From assembly GCA_048884965.1 (NCBI GenBank), contig JBHLQH010000006.1, forward strand, positions 1 to 64,000: a DNA stretch of 64,000 bases. The letters are read 5' to 3'. Position numbers and translations under genes: made by a program. Numbering within the stretch: the first letter of the stretch is position 1; the number at the start of each line of letters is the position of its first letter. Origin of the DNA: Candidatus Thorarchaeota archaeon. GTDB lineage: Archaea > Asgardarchaeota > Thorarchaeia > Thorarchaeales > Thorarchaeaceae. A model generated the notes under the pieces. The model was not told the origin of the DNA, ran no database searches, and saw nothing but the letters and a program-made list of their open reading frames with translations. This document shows, piece after piece, positions 36,616-46,205 of this stretch.

Positions 36616-38130
36616 ATGACTTCAGAAAGAGACTTTAGCGAAGTAATCAGTGGTCTGGCCAAGAAGAGAGGATTCTATTGGGGTCCATCCCCCGAGATTT
36701 ATGGAGGCAGTGCTGGATTCTTTGATCTTGGACCACTTGGGAAACTTCTGAAGAATCGACTTGAGAATGTCATTCGTTCCTCATTTGTTAAAGCGAACTT
36801 TTGGGAAGTCGAGTGCCCTACCGCATCACCTGAAATCGTATGGAAAGCATCCGGGCATCTAGATGGTTTCATTGATCCGCTGACTAAATGTACAAAATGC
36901 GAACAAGTTTTTCGAGCTGACAATATCATTGAGGAGCATATTGGTGAGGGTGCACCAAAAGGACTTACCTTAGAACAGATGACTAACAAGATACAGGAAC
37001 TTGGTATTCGGTGCTCTCAATGCAAAGGCGAGCTGGGTCCAGTCGAGCAATACAATCTGATGCTTAAAACGACCCTTGGACTTGATCAACCCGCTTTCAT
37101 GCGTCCAGAAACAGCAACTACTACCTACCTTCTCTTTCGAAGGTTTCTAACATTTTTCCGTGATAAGTTGCCCGCATTAGTCTTTCAGATCGGTAAGGCC
37201 TATAGAAATGAGATATCCCCTCGTCAAGGAATGCTACGTTTGAGAGAGTTCACTCAAGTTGAAGGACAGATGTTTATCCTCGATGAAGACGAGAGGAATT
37301 GGCCTCCCTTTGAAGATGTGAAAGGTGACGATTTACCTCTTCTAACGCATCAAGCACAAGAGAAGGGTAGAGAGGAAGTACAAATGGTGAGTATGTCAGA
37401 CGCAGTAAAGAATGGCTACTTCCAGAAACCCGCATATGCTTGGTGTGTTTGGCTTGCATACAAGATTTTTAGTGGGATGGGCTTTACAACGGCAAATATG
37501 CGACTTCGCCAGCATCTACCGACTGAGCGAGCACATTATGCAAATGATGCTTGGGATGTCGAGCTGCACACACGGAGCTTTGGATGGGTCGAATGCTGTG
37601 GTATTCATGATCGAGGCAACTACGATCTAACTAGACATCAAGAATACTCGAAAGAAAAACTTAGCGTAAAGGTCGAAGGAAAACCTGTTGTACCAAATGT
37701 CCTAGAGATTGCTTTTGGTGTTGAACGTCCTTTATTCTGTTTAATCGATAATTGCTATGATGAGAATGAGCAAGAAGAAGTCTTTCTTAGGTTTCCACCT
37801 CACTTAGCACCAATCCAAGTCGCAGTCTTCCCTCTAATGGGGAAGGAGGAACTTGTGTGTCCAGCAACTGAAATCTACAATGAGATATTGGAAAGCGGAC
37901 TTGTGACACAATTTGATCAAGGTGGTTCAATTGGACGTCGCTATAGGAGGCAAGATGAGGTTGGCACGCCCTTCTGTGTGACGATTGATTATGATACACT
38001 TGAAAATGACACTGTTACCCTGCGAGAGCGTGATTCAATGAACCAGGTTCTCATAAAGCGCTCTGAGCTAGTTTCGATTCTTCATAGCCTAGTAAAGACC
38101 AGATTTACCTTTGAATCGTTGATGCAATAA
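36616..38130 (+). CDS. glyS: Glycine--tRNA ligase (archaeal/eukaryotic type)
   Basis: WKASGH, RPETA, RNEISPRQGMLRLREFTQ, GSIGRRYRRQDEVGTPF. Confidence 0.95.
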   Translation: MTSERDFSEVISGLAKKRGFYWGPSPEIYGGSAGFFDLGPLGKLLKNRLENVIRSSFVKANFWEVECPTASPEIVWKASGHLDGFIDPLTKCTKCEQVFRADNIIEEHIGEGAPKGLTLEQMTNKIQELGIRCSQCKGELGPVEQYNLMLKTTLGLDQPAFMRPETATTTYLLFRRFLTFFRDKLPALVFQIGKAYRNEISPRQGMLRLREFTQVEGQMFILDEDERNWPPFEDVKGDDLPLLTHQAQEKGREEVQMVSMSDAVKNGYFQKPAYAWCVWLAYKIFSGMGFTTANMRLRQHLPTERAHYANDAWDVELHTRSFGWVECCGIHDRGNYDLTRHQEYSKEKLSVKVEGKPVVPNVLEIAFGVERPLFCLIDNCYDENEQEEVFLRFPPHLAPIQVAVFPLMGKEELVCPATEIYNEILESGLVTQFDQGGSIGRRYRRQDEVGTPFCVTIDYDTLENDTVTLRERDSMNQVLIKRSELVSILHSLVKTRFTFESLMQ

Positions 38131-38201
38131 AGGGAATAGTTTTTCTACATGGGGAAACAAGTATAAGTCTGATAGTAAATGTAGATGATAGAGGCTAGGT
38201 A

Positions 38202-38648
38202 ATGAGTGAGGTCGAGAATACAGCAGTTCAGATAAAAACCATATTGGTTGCAGTAGATGGATCTGAATTCTCAGAGAAAGCAGTGAGATATGGATGTGCC
38301 ATGGGTCCACCTCTTAATGCTGAGGTGATTCTCTTGCATGTTGTCCCAATGCTTGTATCGGCAACACCCTATCATGATACGGTATCCGATCAACCTTTCC
38401 TTGCTCTTCAGAAGGTAGGAGAGGATATTCTCGCAAAAGCCAAGAAGATTGCTGGTTCTGTTCCAGTATCGGATTTGATTGATCATGGAGACCCTGCTGC
38501 AAGAATCATCGAGATTGCTGAGGAGCGACAAGTTGATCTTATCATAATGGGTTCAAGAGGACTAAGTGGCATTCGTCGTCTCTTCACAGGTTCTATCAGT
38601 GATAAGGTCGCGAACCAAGCGAACTGTCCTGTTATGATTGTAAGATGA
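38202..38648 (+). CDS. Universal stress protein
   Basis: ILVAVDGS, GDPA..I, DLIIMGSRG, GSISDKV, CPVMIVR. Confidence 0.93.
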   Translation: MSEVENTAVQIKTILVAVDGSEFSEKAVRYGCAMGPPLNAEVILLHVVPMLVSATPYHDTVSDQPFLALQKVGEDILAKAKKIAGSVPVSDLIDHGDPAARIIEIAEERQVDLIIMGSRGLSGIRRLFTGSISDKVANQANCPVMIVR

Positions 38649-38681
38649 TATCATTGACCCCTCATGGTTGGGTATCTCCTC

Positions 38682-39932
38682 ATGGCCAATAATGGGATAG
38701 CAATTGACATCGGAACCAGTACAATTTCTCTTAGTATTCTTGATATATCCGAACGAAGAAGAATAGGAGCACTGAGTATTCCTAATCCCCAGTTGGACTA
38801 TGGCGAAGATGTCATCACTCGACTTGAATACGAGATGAATAGGACACATACTCAACCCTCACTTACTGAAGTGGTTCGTAGAGGTCTCTCACAATCCTTG
38901 GAGACCATGCTGATTTCCTATGGTATTCGGCACGAAGATGTATCTGAGATTGTGATCGTGGGGAATACACCAATGCACCATCTTCTGTTTGGACTTCCTT
39001 TCACTTCTCTTCTTGAAGAACCATTTAGATCAGAGTATACTTCGGCTATCGAGCTAGATGCACGTGATATCGGACTGAACGTGGATGCAACATGCTATTC
39101 TCCTCCGGTAATTCAGTCATTCGTTGGCTCTGATGCCCTCGGTGTAGTTCTTGGTTTTGGTGTGTCTTCTGATATCTACCCATCCCTTGCATTGGACATC
39201 GGCACCAATACAGAGATTATCATCCAATACTACAACAAGCTGTGGGTCGCATCTGCAGCTTCTGGTCCTGCCTTTGAAGGCATGTCCTTGAAAGATGGAA
39301 TGCCAGCTATTGCTGGAGCAATCTCAAAGGTAGCGATTGATCCCGCTGACCATACTTTGTCATTTGAAACGATTGGGAATATCTCACCATTAGGAATTTG
39401 TGGAGTAGGAGCCATTTCTGCACTTGGATCTTTGAGATCTCTCATGCTAATTGATGCGAATGGTTCTATCAATCGGAACTCGAACTCTGAATATGTGAAG
39501 AGGGATGGAGACATCTATCGAATAGAACTAGTGCAGCCTCATCAATCAGCAAATGGGAAGAGTATCTCCCTTGATCAGATGGATATTAGAATGCTTCAGC
39601 AATCAAAAGCCTCAATACGAGCAGTTATTGAAGTGCTCTTGCTGGAGTCAAATTGCTCTTCAGAAGAAATTCAGAATCTTTACATCACTGGAGCTTTTGG
39701 TGGCGGACTTGATATAGATAATGCGATTAGGATTGATATGTTCCCAGAATTCCCAATACTGAGGAATGTGCATCAACAGGCAGGAGGTGCTCTCCTTGGT
39801 GCAGAATTACTGCTATGGCATACTACAACTAGAAACAAAGTTGGAGAACTACTCGAATCGGTCAAATATGTAGAGATGATGGATAATCCTCTGTACCAAG
39901 AACTACATTCCAAGCACTTGTTCATTCCGTGA
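38682..39932 (+). CDS. ASKHA-family ATPase, RACo/RamA-like corrinoid reductive activator core
   Basis: IDIGTST, NPQ..YGEDVITR, GNTPMHH, FVGSD, DIGTNTE, GPAFEG, GICG, GAFG; alternative ATG 38664. Confidence 0.85.
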   Translation: MANNGIAIDIGTSTISLSILDISERRRIGALSIPNPQLDYGEDVITRLEYEMNRTHTQPSLTEVVRRGLSQSLETMLISYGIRHEDVSEIVIVGNTPMHHLLFGLPFTSLLEEPFRSEYTSAIELDARDIGLNVDATCYSPPVIQSFVGSDALGVVLGFGVSSDIYPSLALDIGTNTEIIIQYYNKLWVASAASGPAFEGMSLKDGMPAIAGAISKVAIDPADHTLSFETIGNISPLGICGVGAISALGSLRSLMLIDANGSINRNSNSEYVKRDGDIYRIELVQPHQSANGKSISLDQMDIRMLQQSKASIRAVIEVLLLESNCSSEEIQNLYITGAFGGGLDIDNAIRIDMFPEFPILRNVHQQAGGALLGAELLLWHTTTRNKVGELLESVKYVEMMDNPLYQELHSKHLFIP

Positions 39933-39933
39933 A

Positions 39934-40416
39934 TCATATCTTAAAATCCATTCCATCGAAATCTTCCCCTTCTCGTATTCTTGATGATGACAGAGGTCTG
40001 TCATCCTCAGAACGGACACGAGGAATTACAATGATGTGATAACGAGGAAGCCCATTCATTGCTCTCATTTCATTGATTGCGAATGCGTTATTGACAACCG
40101 AAATCTCGTCAGATACGACTAAAGCTTCCAGATCGATCATTGTATCTGCTCCCCCTTCTTTAGAATCTATGGGAAAAATCTCGTATGCTGTTCCCTTTGA
40201 TTCAGATTGAAGGAACTCGTATAGGGCATGATATCTTTCCTGATATGGTTGAATCTTTTCCCTGTTCTTCTTATGCTTCAGAAGTTCGTCAGTAGTCAAT
40301 CCAACTGCAAGGAACTCCCCTAGCTTCAGAGCTGTCCTGAGGAGGTATTTGTGCCCCTCATGAAGGTGATCAAAGGTTCCTGCAAAGACCACCTTCTTGT
40401 AGAGACGCTCTATCAT
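39934..40416 (-). CDS. coaD: Phosphopantetheine adenylyltransferase (archaeal type)
   Basis: GTFDHLHEGH, VGLTTD, LVVS.E, IN..R...GL, LSSSRIR. Confidence 0.9.
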   Translation of the reverse strand: MIERLYKKVVFAGTFDHLHEGHKYLLRTALKLGEFLAVGLTTDELLKHKKNREKIQPYQERYHALYEFLQSESKGTAYEIFPIDSKEGGADTMIDLEALVVSDEISVVNNAFAINEMRAMNGLPRYHIIVIPRVRSEDDRPLSSSRIREGEDFDGMDFKI

Positions 40417-40421
40417 GCTAT

Positions 40422-42419
40422 TTACTCAACCTCTCTGTAATCAATCACTCCCATATCCCTTAGGTCCTTGACAATATCCTCAAGAAGTTCAAGTTTCATT
40501 TTACCAAATTGAAAACACAATCTATCCCAAATCTCCCCAAGTGGAGTCCATTTCTCACAGAGGTTTAGAAGTTCATCAATCCTGCTTGTTAGATCATGAT
40601 GTTCTTGCATAAGCAAGATGTATTTCTCATATCGTTCAGTATCCAGTTGTTTGAACGCACCTGGAGGCAATGCATATTCTAGCTTGCGCTTGATCTCAAT
40701 GACTGATTCAAAGGAATGCAAATCGAAGTGCGTTTCATCCTTTGCTTCTAATCCGACTTCAGCACAAGCACCAAGGTATGCCTTCCGTGTTAGTGCCATT
40801 TCAGTTGTATAATACATCTCAATACTTGTCTTTAGAGCGTTCCTAATCTCTCGATGCTCTGAGATCAAATGCCATTCCTTCTCAGCAATGTCTAGTGTGG
40901 CGAAACCAAGCTCCTTTGCATAGCGGAGCCACTTCATAGTTCGAGGATAGACTATCTCAGGATTCTCAGTACATCTACCAAGAACAGTCACTGCTTCGAT
41001 GCTAATTCTGTTCATGAGTTCCACAATCTCATTTCTGCAGATTGTAAGGAGCCGCTCCTTGCATGTGTATCTTGGATGAGCAAGTGTTAGTGCTGAAAGA
41101 GTCACGATTCGAGAAGCTCTAGCCATCTGTCCGAGATCGATCTTATCTATGGTGTCTGTTGATGTGTGATAGAACTTGTCAGGAAACTGATTCAACATTA
41201 TAGCAGGAATCGAAAGCGTCGAATCTGTGAACAAGAAATGGTCACTTCCTGCCGAATAGGGTCTGTACTTCCATGAAAGGGGTGCCATTGACCCTCCCTT
41301 TGAAGGGTTATGACTTCCGTCAGATTCGTTGCATATCCAATGAGATACAACATTGTTCAACGTGCTTGGCAATGAATAGGGCGTTCTGAATAGATTCATC
41401 ATTGAACCTGATTTGCAGGGGTCTGCACCAACCATATCTGCATTGATGACAAAGGCACACTTCCCTACTGCATCCTTTTCGTTGTGAATATACTCTATTG
41501 TTCCATGCCATTCTGGCATCCATATGAATCGTATTGAGAGATCTGGTTGCTCTATCTTACCTTCTTTGATTAGAGCACTGATTACTCGCAGAGCCTCAAG
41601 AATAGCAGCGCTTCCGGATGCGTTGTCATTTGCACCTGGGTGTGGATGGCAGATATGTGCCACAATCCAGACTTCTTTGCTGGTATCTTTTCCCTGCAAA
41701 AGTGCAGAGAGAACTCCCTGCGCACCCTTTCCTAGGTCTGCTTTAATCTTTGCTTGTATCTTGACGTCCTTCCCAGCTTCAAGCCACTCCTTCATCTTGA
41801 GACCATCCGCCTGTGTGAGGGCAAATCCAAATGTTGTCTTGTCTGCCTCGCCAGGATCTGGCCAGACGGCTTCATATCGACGGATATTAGCAATCTCGTC
41901 TTTCCCAGAAGGAGGAATGAACGTCAGAATTCCAATTGCTCCTCTTTCAATACATGCGGGTCGGTGAACTTGCGTTGCTCGAGATGTTGTCAAGACAAAT
42001 TTTCCCTTAACATCCTTACCTTCGTAGTCTTCCTTCAGGATACCTCTCCCGATATACACAACATCTCCAGCGATGTCAGCACTTCGAGAATGAGCGGCCA
42101 GTGAGATTGGTTCAGATGAGAAATCTGCTAGGGTCTTCTTCTCAGGCTCTAGTAAAACAAGCTTGCCGGATTCAGGAGTCCATCCATACAACTGGTCCCA
42201 TTTTCCTATGCCTCCTACTCCGTTCGCATCATATCTGTGTAGAGTTGCTTTCGCATCTGATACTCTCTCGACTTCTTCTTTCACGAAATTAAGTGCATCA
42301 ATCAGACCGGGACTTGCTTGGATGCGATGAAATCTTGAAATCTCAATTACATAGTCAAGCGCCTTCAAACCAGACACTGTATCAGCAACTGCTTCGACCA
42401 TATCATCGGGTAACAGCAT
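40422..42419 (-). CDS. M28-family / DUF4910 aminopeptidase-like protein with PA domain
   Basis: RFHRIQASPG, HICHP.PGANDNASG, PEWHG, GSDH, YHTSTD. Confidence 0.82.
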   Translation of the reverse strand: MLLPDDMVEAVADTVSGLKALDYVIEISRFHRIQASPGLIDALNFVKEEVERVSDAKATLHRYDANGVGGIGKWDQLYGWTPESGKLVLLEPEKKTLADFSSEPISLAAHSRSADIAGDVVYIGRGILKEDYEGKDVKGKFVLTTSRATQVHRPACIERGAIGILTFIPPSGKDEIANIRRYEAVWPDPGEADKTTFGFALTQADGLKMKEWLEAGKDVKIQAKIKADLGKGAQGVLSALLQGKDTSKEVWIVAHICHPHPGANDNASGSAAILEALRVISALIKEGKIEQPDLSIRFIWMPEWHGTIEYIHNEKDAVGKCAFVINADMVGADPCKSGSMMNLFRTPYSLPSTLNNVVSHWICNESDGSHNPSKGGSMAPLSWKYRPYSAGSDHFLFTDSTLSIPAIMLNQFPDKFYHTSTDTIDKIDLGQMARASRIVTLSALTLAHPRYTCKERLLTICRNEIVELMNRISIEAVTVLGRCTENPEIVYPRTMKWLRYAKELGFATLDIAEKEWHLISEHREIRNALKTSIEMYYTTEMALTRKAYLGACAEVGLEAKDETHFDLHSFESVIEIKRKLEYALPPGAFKQLDTERYEKYILLMQEHHDLTSRIDELLNLCEKWTPLGEIWDRLCFQFGKMKLELLEDIVKDLRDMGVIDYREVE

Positions 42420-42475
42420 TGTAATTCACAAAAGATTGCACTACAATACTACCATAAGTACTCTGCTGAAAGCGT

Positions 42476-42517
42476 GAAAAAAGAAGATTCACCGGCTCCC
42501 TCTGTATGCGGAACCGG
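42476..42517 (-). terminator. Hairpin + U-tract downstream of ferritin
   Basis: Minus strand reads CCGGTTCC-N10-GGAGCCGG then TGAATCTTCTTTTTT. Confidence 0.5.
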
Positions 42518-42536
42518 ATCTCTATTCATACACCAA

Positions 42537-43064
42537 CTATGGTGCCATTGAATCAGCTGGAGGGGCAGGCGCAGGTGGTCTCGCACCAAGCTCCTTATCA
42601 AGCATGTAAAGGGCTTGAGCTGAGTCCCCCATTCTCTTCAAGTTGTCACGAATCTCACTAGTGTTCTTCTCTTCTTCAACCTGTTCGTTATAGAACCATT
42701 GAAGCAATCCTTGAGCACCTCTGTCCTTCTCCTCATCGGCTATATCTCCGATTCTGTAGATTCTTGCCGTGACCTTTCTCTCATGCTCATAGGCATCAGC
42801 AAACACCTCATGTGGTGAGGTCCATTCAGTTTTGGGTGCTTCGATCTCTTTGAAGATTACTCTTCCCCCGCGTTCGGTTACATGACGGTAGAATCTTATA
42901 GCATGGGCAAACTCCTCTTGGTATTGCACCTCCAACCAATGTGCGAATCCCGGTAAGTTTTGCTCTTGGCACCAGGATGCCATTGAAAGGTAGATGAACC
43001 CTGAATAGAGTTCATAGTTTATTTGATCGTTTATTGCATCGGTTAGTTTCTTACTAATCTCCAT
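42537..43064 (-). CDS. ftnA: Ferritin (non-heme, prokaryotic type)
   Basis: INDQINYELYS..YLSM, QEEFAHA, HE..VT, EQVEEE; start moved to MEISKK (43064); Pro-rich tail. Confidence 0.93.
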   Translation of the reverse strand: MEISKKLTDAINDQINYELYSGFIYLSMASWCQEQNLPGFAHWLEVQYQEEFAHAIRFYRHVTERGGRVIFKEIEAPKTEWTSPHEVFADAYEHERKVTARIYRIGDIADEEKDRGAQGLLQWFYNEQVEEEKNTSEIRDNLKRMGDSAQALYMLDKELGARPPAPAPPADSMAP

Positions 43065-43225
43065 TGCATCTCGCCTTTCCTTTTTGTGTACTTCACTATC
43101 GTTATTTATCATATATTATAACTTTCGGTCTAACGCTTCATTTTGTAAGTATTCACTCAGTCCCACGAAGCTTTTTTACTGTCTCTCAATACAGATTCGA
43201 TATTACTGCATCCGGAGTAATGATC

Positions 43226-45967
43226 ATGGCAGATATCACCCTCTTTACCATAATCGTGAGTTTTATTCCGACACTCGTTGTAACATTGGTGTATACACTT
43301 CTGTTCGGAGAGAAGAGGAATCAATTCATTGAAGCATTCATTGGCATTTTGCTTGTCAATGCTATTGGATTCACTCTTCTGAATGTCTATCTCTCCACTG
43401 TATTCGTTCCCCCAGGGTTTAACCCTCAGACTTTTGGCGGCGAATTGAGTTGGGTCATTCTTTTGGAATTCTTGTTTCAAATCGGAAATGGACTCCAGAC
43501 ATTCTTCATTTGGATTACAATTTCCTTCGTTGCAGTTCTCTTTGGTCAGCTAGTAGTCATGCTCAAGATGTCACTGCAAGATCCTCTAAAGATGAAATTC
43601 AGTAACGTGATCAAACGAATTGTTGGGAAGGAGCCAGTTTCAGATGGATACTCAGGTCTGCGAGATCGTCTTCGGAATATCAAATTTGAAGGCGTTGAGC
43701 CCCAGCCGCTAAATCCAGAGGTCATCAGTAGGGCATGGAAAGAGTCATGGAGGGATTATCTACTCATCGGACTAGTTACAATTGTTCCATCGATATCCAT
43801 CTACATAAACCCTGTATCTGATGCATATGTGTATGGTATTCTCGTTTTTGCCATCTGGATTTACCGATTTGGCTACCCTGCATCAAATCGTATTGCCAAG
43901 GGTGCTGGATTGACACTAGGCAATCGTGATGTCGGTTCTGAGATGATGCGCGGGGTACTTGGTTGGTTCTTCAGATTGAACCTCCTTCTTTCTATCTTCA
44001 CAATTGGGATTGATGTGATTGGTGCCTTTAGTAATGGAACGATCAACCTAATGGCATATAATTATGCCATTGGTCTTGCTCTTGCCGGGGTGCCTATAGT
44101 TTATGCAATCATCATGCTCCCTCTTGTAGAGGACTTCTCTGTGGTGCTCTATAAGAAGGTCTTCGAATCAATATCCAGTCCAAAGCAGAAACTCCGTAGT
44201 CTGGATATAGTGGGGGCCCTCAGGAATATCGGATCTAGTGCAATAACGAGTCTTCTCGTTCTAGGTGCCTTTATTGGAACTGTTTTCGCAGTATGCATAA
44301 ACTATGCCGTTTATCATACAGGCGGCAATTTGTTTCTCTATCCAAGTCAAGTTGATGAATATGTATTGAATGCGATTTGGGGATCAACCAATATCGCTGG
44401 TATGATACCTGCTGTTACTTGGACAATAATGATGCTATTGATTCCCTTGGGAATGATTCTTCTGCTTGGAGTATTAGGATCGTACATCAAGAACTTCTTT
44501 GGAGGTCAGAATGAGGGATTTGCCTTCTTTGCAGGACTGATTGTATCAGTGGTGATTTGGTTCGTTCTACCCGGTATGGACTATGCACTTGGACTATATG
44601 CGACTCCTGTAGGTACGGGAGCTACTCGATTCTTCTGGTTACCTCCCTTTACGAATATTCCCAGTGATGCTGTTACCCTATACCGAATCATATCGCAATT
44701 CGTCATCAACCTACCAATGTATATCTCAGTGGTTCTCTTCATCCTATACTACTTTGAGTTCAAAGGCTCTTGGGAAGATGAAACTGGTGTTGAAGTTTCG
44801 CCCTTGGTCCATGTCACTCGAAGGGATATGTCCGATGTTGTGGTCCTGTTCACAGCTGGAATATTGGGGTCCATACTTGGTGTGATAATACTGAGCATCT
44901 TCATAGCTCCTCTGGATTTGTATTATTTGATGTGGTCACTGATTTCAGAGATAGGGAATCCTGACGGTTTGGAGCTGGTACTAGCGGAAAATGTAAGTTA
45001 TTTCATGATTGTTGCCGAGCACAATATTATTCGTACATTCCTTATGCTTGTGGCTGGGCCACTCTTCTGGATGCTCGTACTTTGGTTTGTTGCAGCTCAA
45101 AAGAAATCAAAGAGCAACAAGATGATAGGATTTACTGCTTTGCTACTAGTTCTTATTACTGGTGCAGCATCAGTCATCTGGACGATGGCGGACCTTGCCG
45201 CTGGAGTGTTCATCCCTGCAATGGAACCCCTCAACCCATCATGGCCTTGGACCTATGCGGCTCAGTTGGGATTACGAGCTGGATTCCTCTATGGTATCGT
45301 ATTTGGCGCATATCTTGTGATATTTCTAATCAATAGGTACGTGAGAGGGTCTGCAGGAGGTTGGTGGTTACCACCAATCCTGACATTCTTCGCGATAGAG
45401 TATTTTGTCTATGATGATCAATTCACGATCATTGCTGTAGTGATACTTCCGATGATACTCGCTGCATTTTCGAATCTTGGCTTCAAGAAGTCTGCCAATC
45501 CAGAATCATCAACCTCCTCAAGTTCTGAGGGTGACGATGAAAGATATGAGCTGACTTCAGAGCCAAAAGAAGAGGATTTCATCTTGACCTACATACGCTA
45601 TGGTCTGATGTCACTGGCAATAGCTGAGATTCTTTCAACCGCATTGTGGGTTGCAGGTATGGGCACAGCTGAGGCTCTCCTAGGATATGATGCATTTCTA
45701 TATGTCCTAGGGCTACTTCCTCATGGTCTAGTTGAAATCCCGACATTCCTATTTGCGGGAGCAGTGTCAATTAGAATCGCAAGAGACTTGGGTGAATACA
45801 TAAGCAACGAAGATTGGGACACCTATATTGAGAAGACAAAGAGTTTGCTAACAGATAGGAAGATCTGGCGTACTTTCGTCTTCATCATGTTCTTCTTGTT
45901 GATCGCAGCTTTGATTGAAGAGCACATTACAGATATTGTCGTGTTTATTGTACAGTATCTGCTGTAA
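43226..45967 (+). CDS. Large polytopic membrane protein with C-terminal SpoIIM-like domain
   Basis: ~20 hydrophobic segments; LLPHGLVEIP and LLIAALIEEHIT; start ATG 43226 or 43220 after GGAG (track start 43064 is implausible). Confidence 0.75.
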   Translation: MADITLFTIIVSFIPTLVVTLVYTLLFGEKRNQFIEAFIGILLVNAIGFTLLNVYLSTVFVPPGFNPQTFGGELSWVILLEFLFQIGNGLQTFFIWITISFVAVLFGQLVVMLKMSLQDPLKMKFSNVIKRIVGKEPVSDGYSGLRDRLRNIKFEGVEPQPLNPEVISRAWKESWRDYLLIGLVTIVPSISIYINPVSDAYVYGILVFAIWIYRFGYPASNRIAKGAGLTLGNRDVGSEMMRGVLGWFFRLNLLLSIFTIGIDVIGAFSNGTINLMAYNYAIGLALAGVPIVYAIIMLPLVEDFSVVLYKKVFESISSPKQKLRSLDIVGALRNIGSSAITSLLVLGAFIGTVFAVCINYAVYHTGGNLFLYPSQVDEYVLNAIWGSTNIAGMIPAVTWTIMMLLIPLGMILLLGVLGSYIKNFFGGQNEGFAFFAGLIVSVVIWFVLPGMDYALGLYATPVGTGATRFFWLPPFTNIPSDAVTLYRIISQFVINLPMYISVVLFILYYFEFKGSWEDETGVEVSPLVHVTRRDMSDVVVLFTAGILGSILGVIILSIFIAPLDLYYLMWSLISEIGNPDGLELVLAENVSYFMIVAEHNIIRTFLMLVAGPLFWMLVLWFVAAQKKSKSNKMIGFTALLLVLITGAASVIWTMADLAAGVFIPAMEPLNPSWPWTYAAQLGLRAGFLYGIVFGAYLVIFLINRYVRGSAGGWWLPPILTFFAIEYFVYDDQFTIIAVVILPMILAAFSNLGFKKSANPESSTSSSSEGDDERYELTSEPKEEDFILTYIRYGLMSLAIAEILSTALWVAGMGTAEALLGYDAFLYVLGLLPHGLVEIPTFLFAGAVSIRIARDLGEYISNEDWDTYIEKTKSLLTDRKIWRTFVFIMFFLLIAALIEEHITDIVVFIVQYLL

Positions 45968-45974
45968 GAAAATC

Positions 45975-46010
45975 GCACGGTCAAAATGGCCGTGCTTCTA
46001 TTTCTTTTTC
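45975..46010 (+). terminator. Hairpin + T-tract terminator
   Basis: GCACGGTCA-AAA-TGGCCGTGC followed by TTCTATTTCTTTTTC. Confidence 0.6.
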
Positions 46011-46108
46011 TAATAAATGATTTCGCGGTCTTATTCTATAAATCGTACAAGGTACATCAGCTAATAGCTTATATTCAAATCTTAATCAACTTAGTATGCA
46101 ATTCAAGA

Positions 46109-46191
46109 CAGCGCGCCGGCTGGTTTAGACTTGTATGTTTAGGCCGCCACATATCTAATAGACTACGACAAGTCAGACCTAGCTGCGCCTG
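46109..46191 (+). promoter_or_regulatory. Long structured 5' leader (stem-loop) of the surface protein gene
   Basis: Nested pairings CAG/CTG, GCGC/GCGC, GGCT/AGCT, GGTTT/AGACC, GACTTGT/ACAAGTC, GTTTA/TAGAC, ending at the GAGGAG SD. Confidence 0.55.
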
Positions 46192-46205
46192 AGGAGACAA
46201 TTAAA

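Noticed and set aside
42476-42517. Iron-responsive element at the ferritin gene
   Set aside because: The hairpin is 3' of the gene, has no CAGUGN loop and is followed by a U-tract, so it is better explained as a terminator.
43064-43225. N-terminal extensions of the 967-aa ORF and of ferritin given in the ORF track
   Set aside because: They would overlap head-to-head across an AT-rich divergent promoter region; downstream ATGs with SD motifs are more plausible.
45986-46192. 68-aa ORF between the SpoIIM-like and surface protein genes
   Set aside because: It runs through a terminator, promoter and structured leader, and has no SD or protein-like features.
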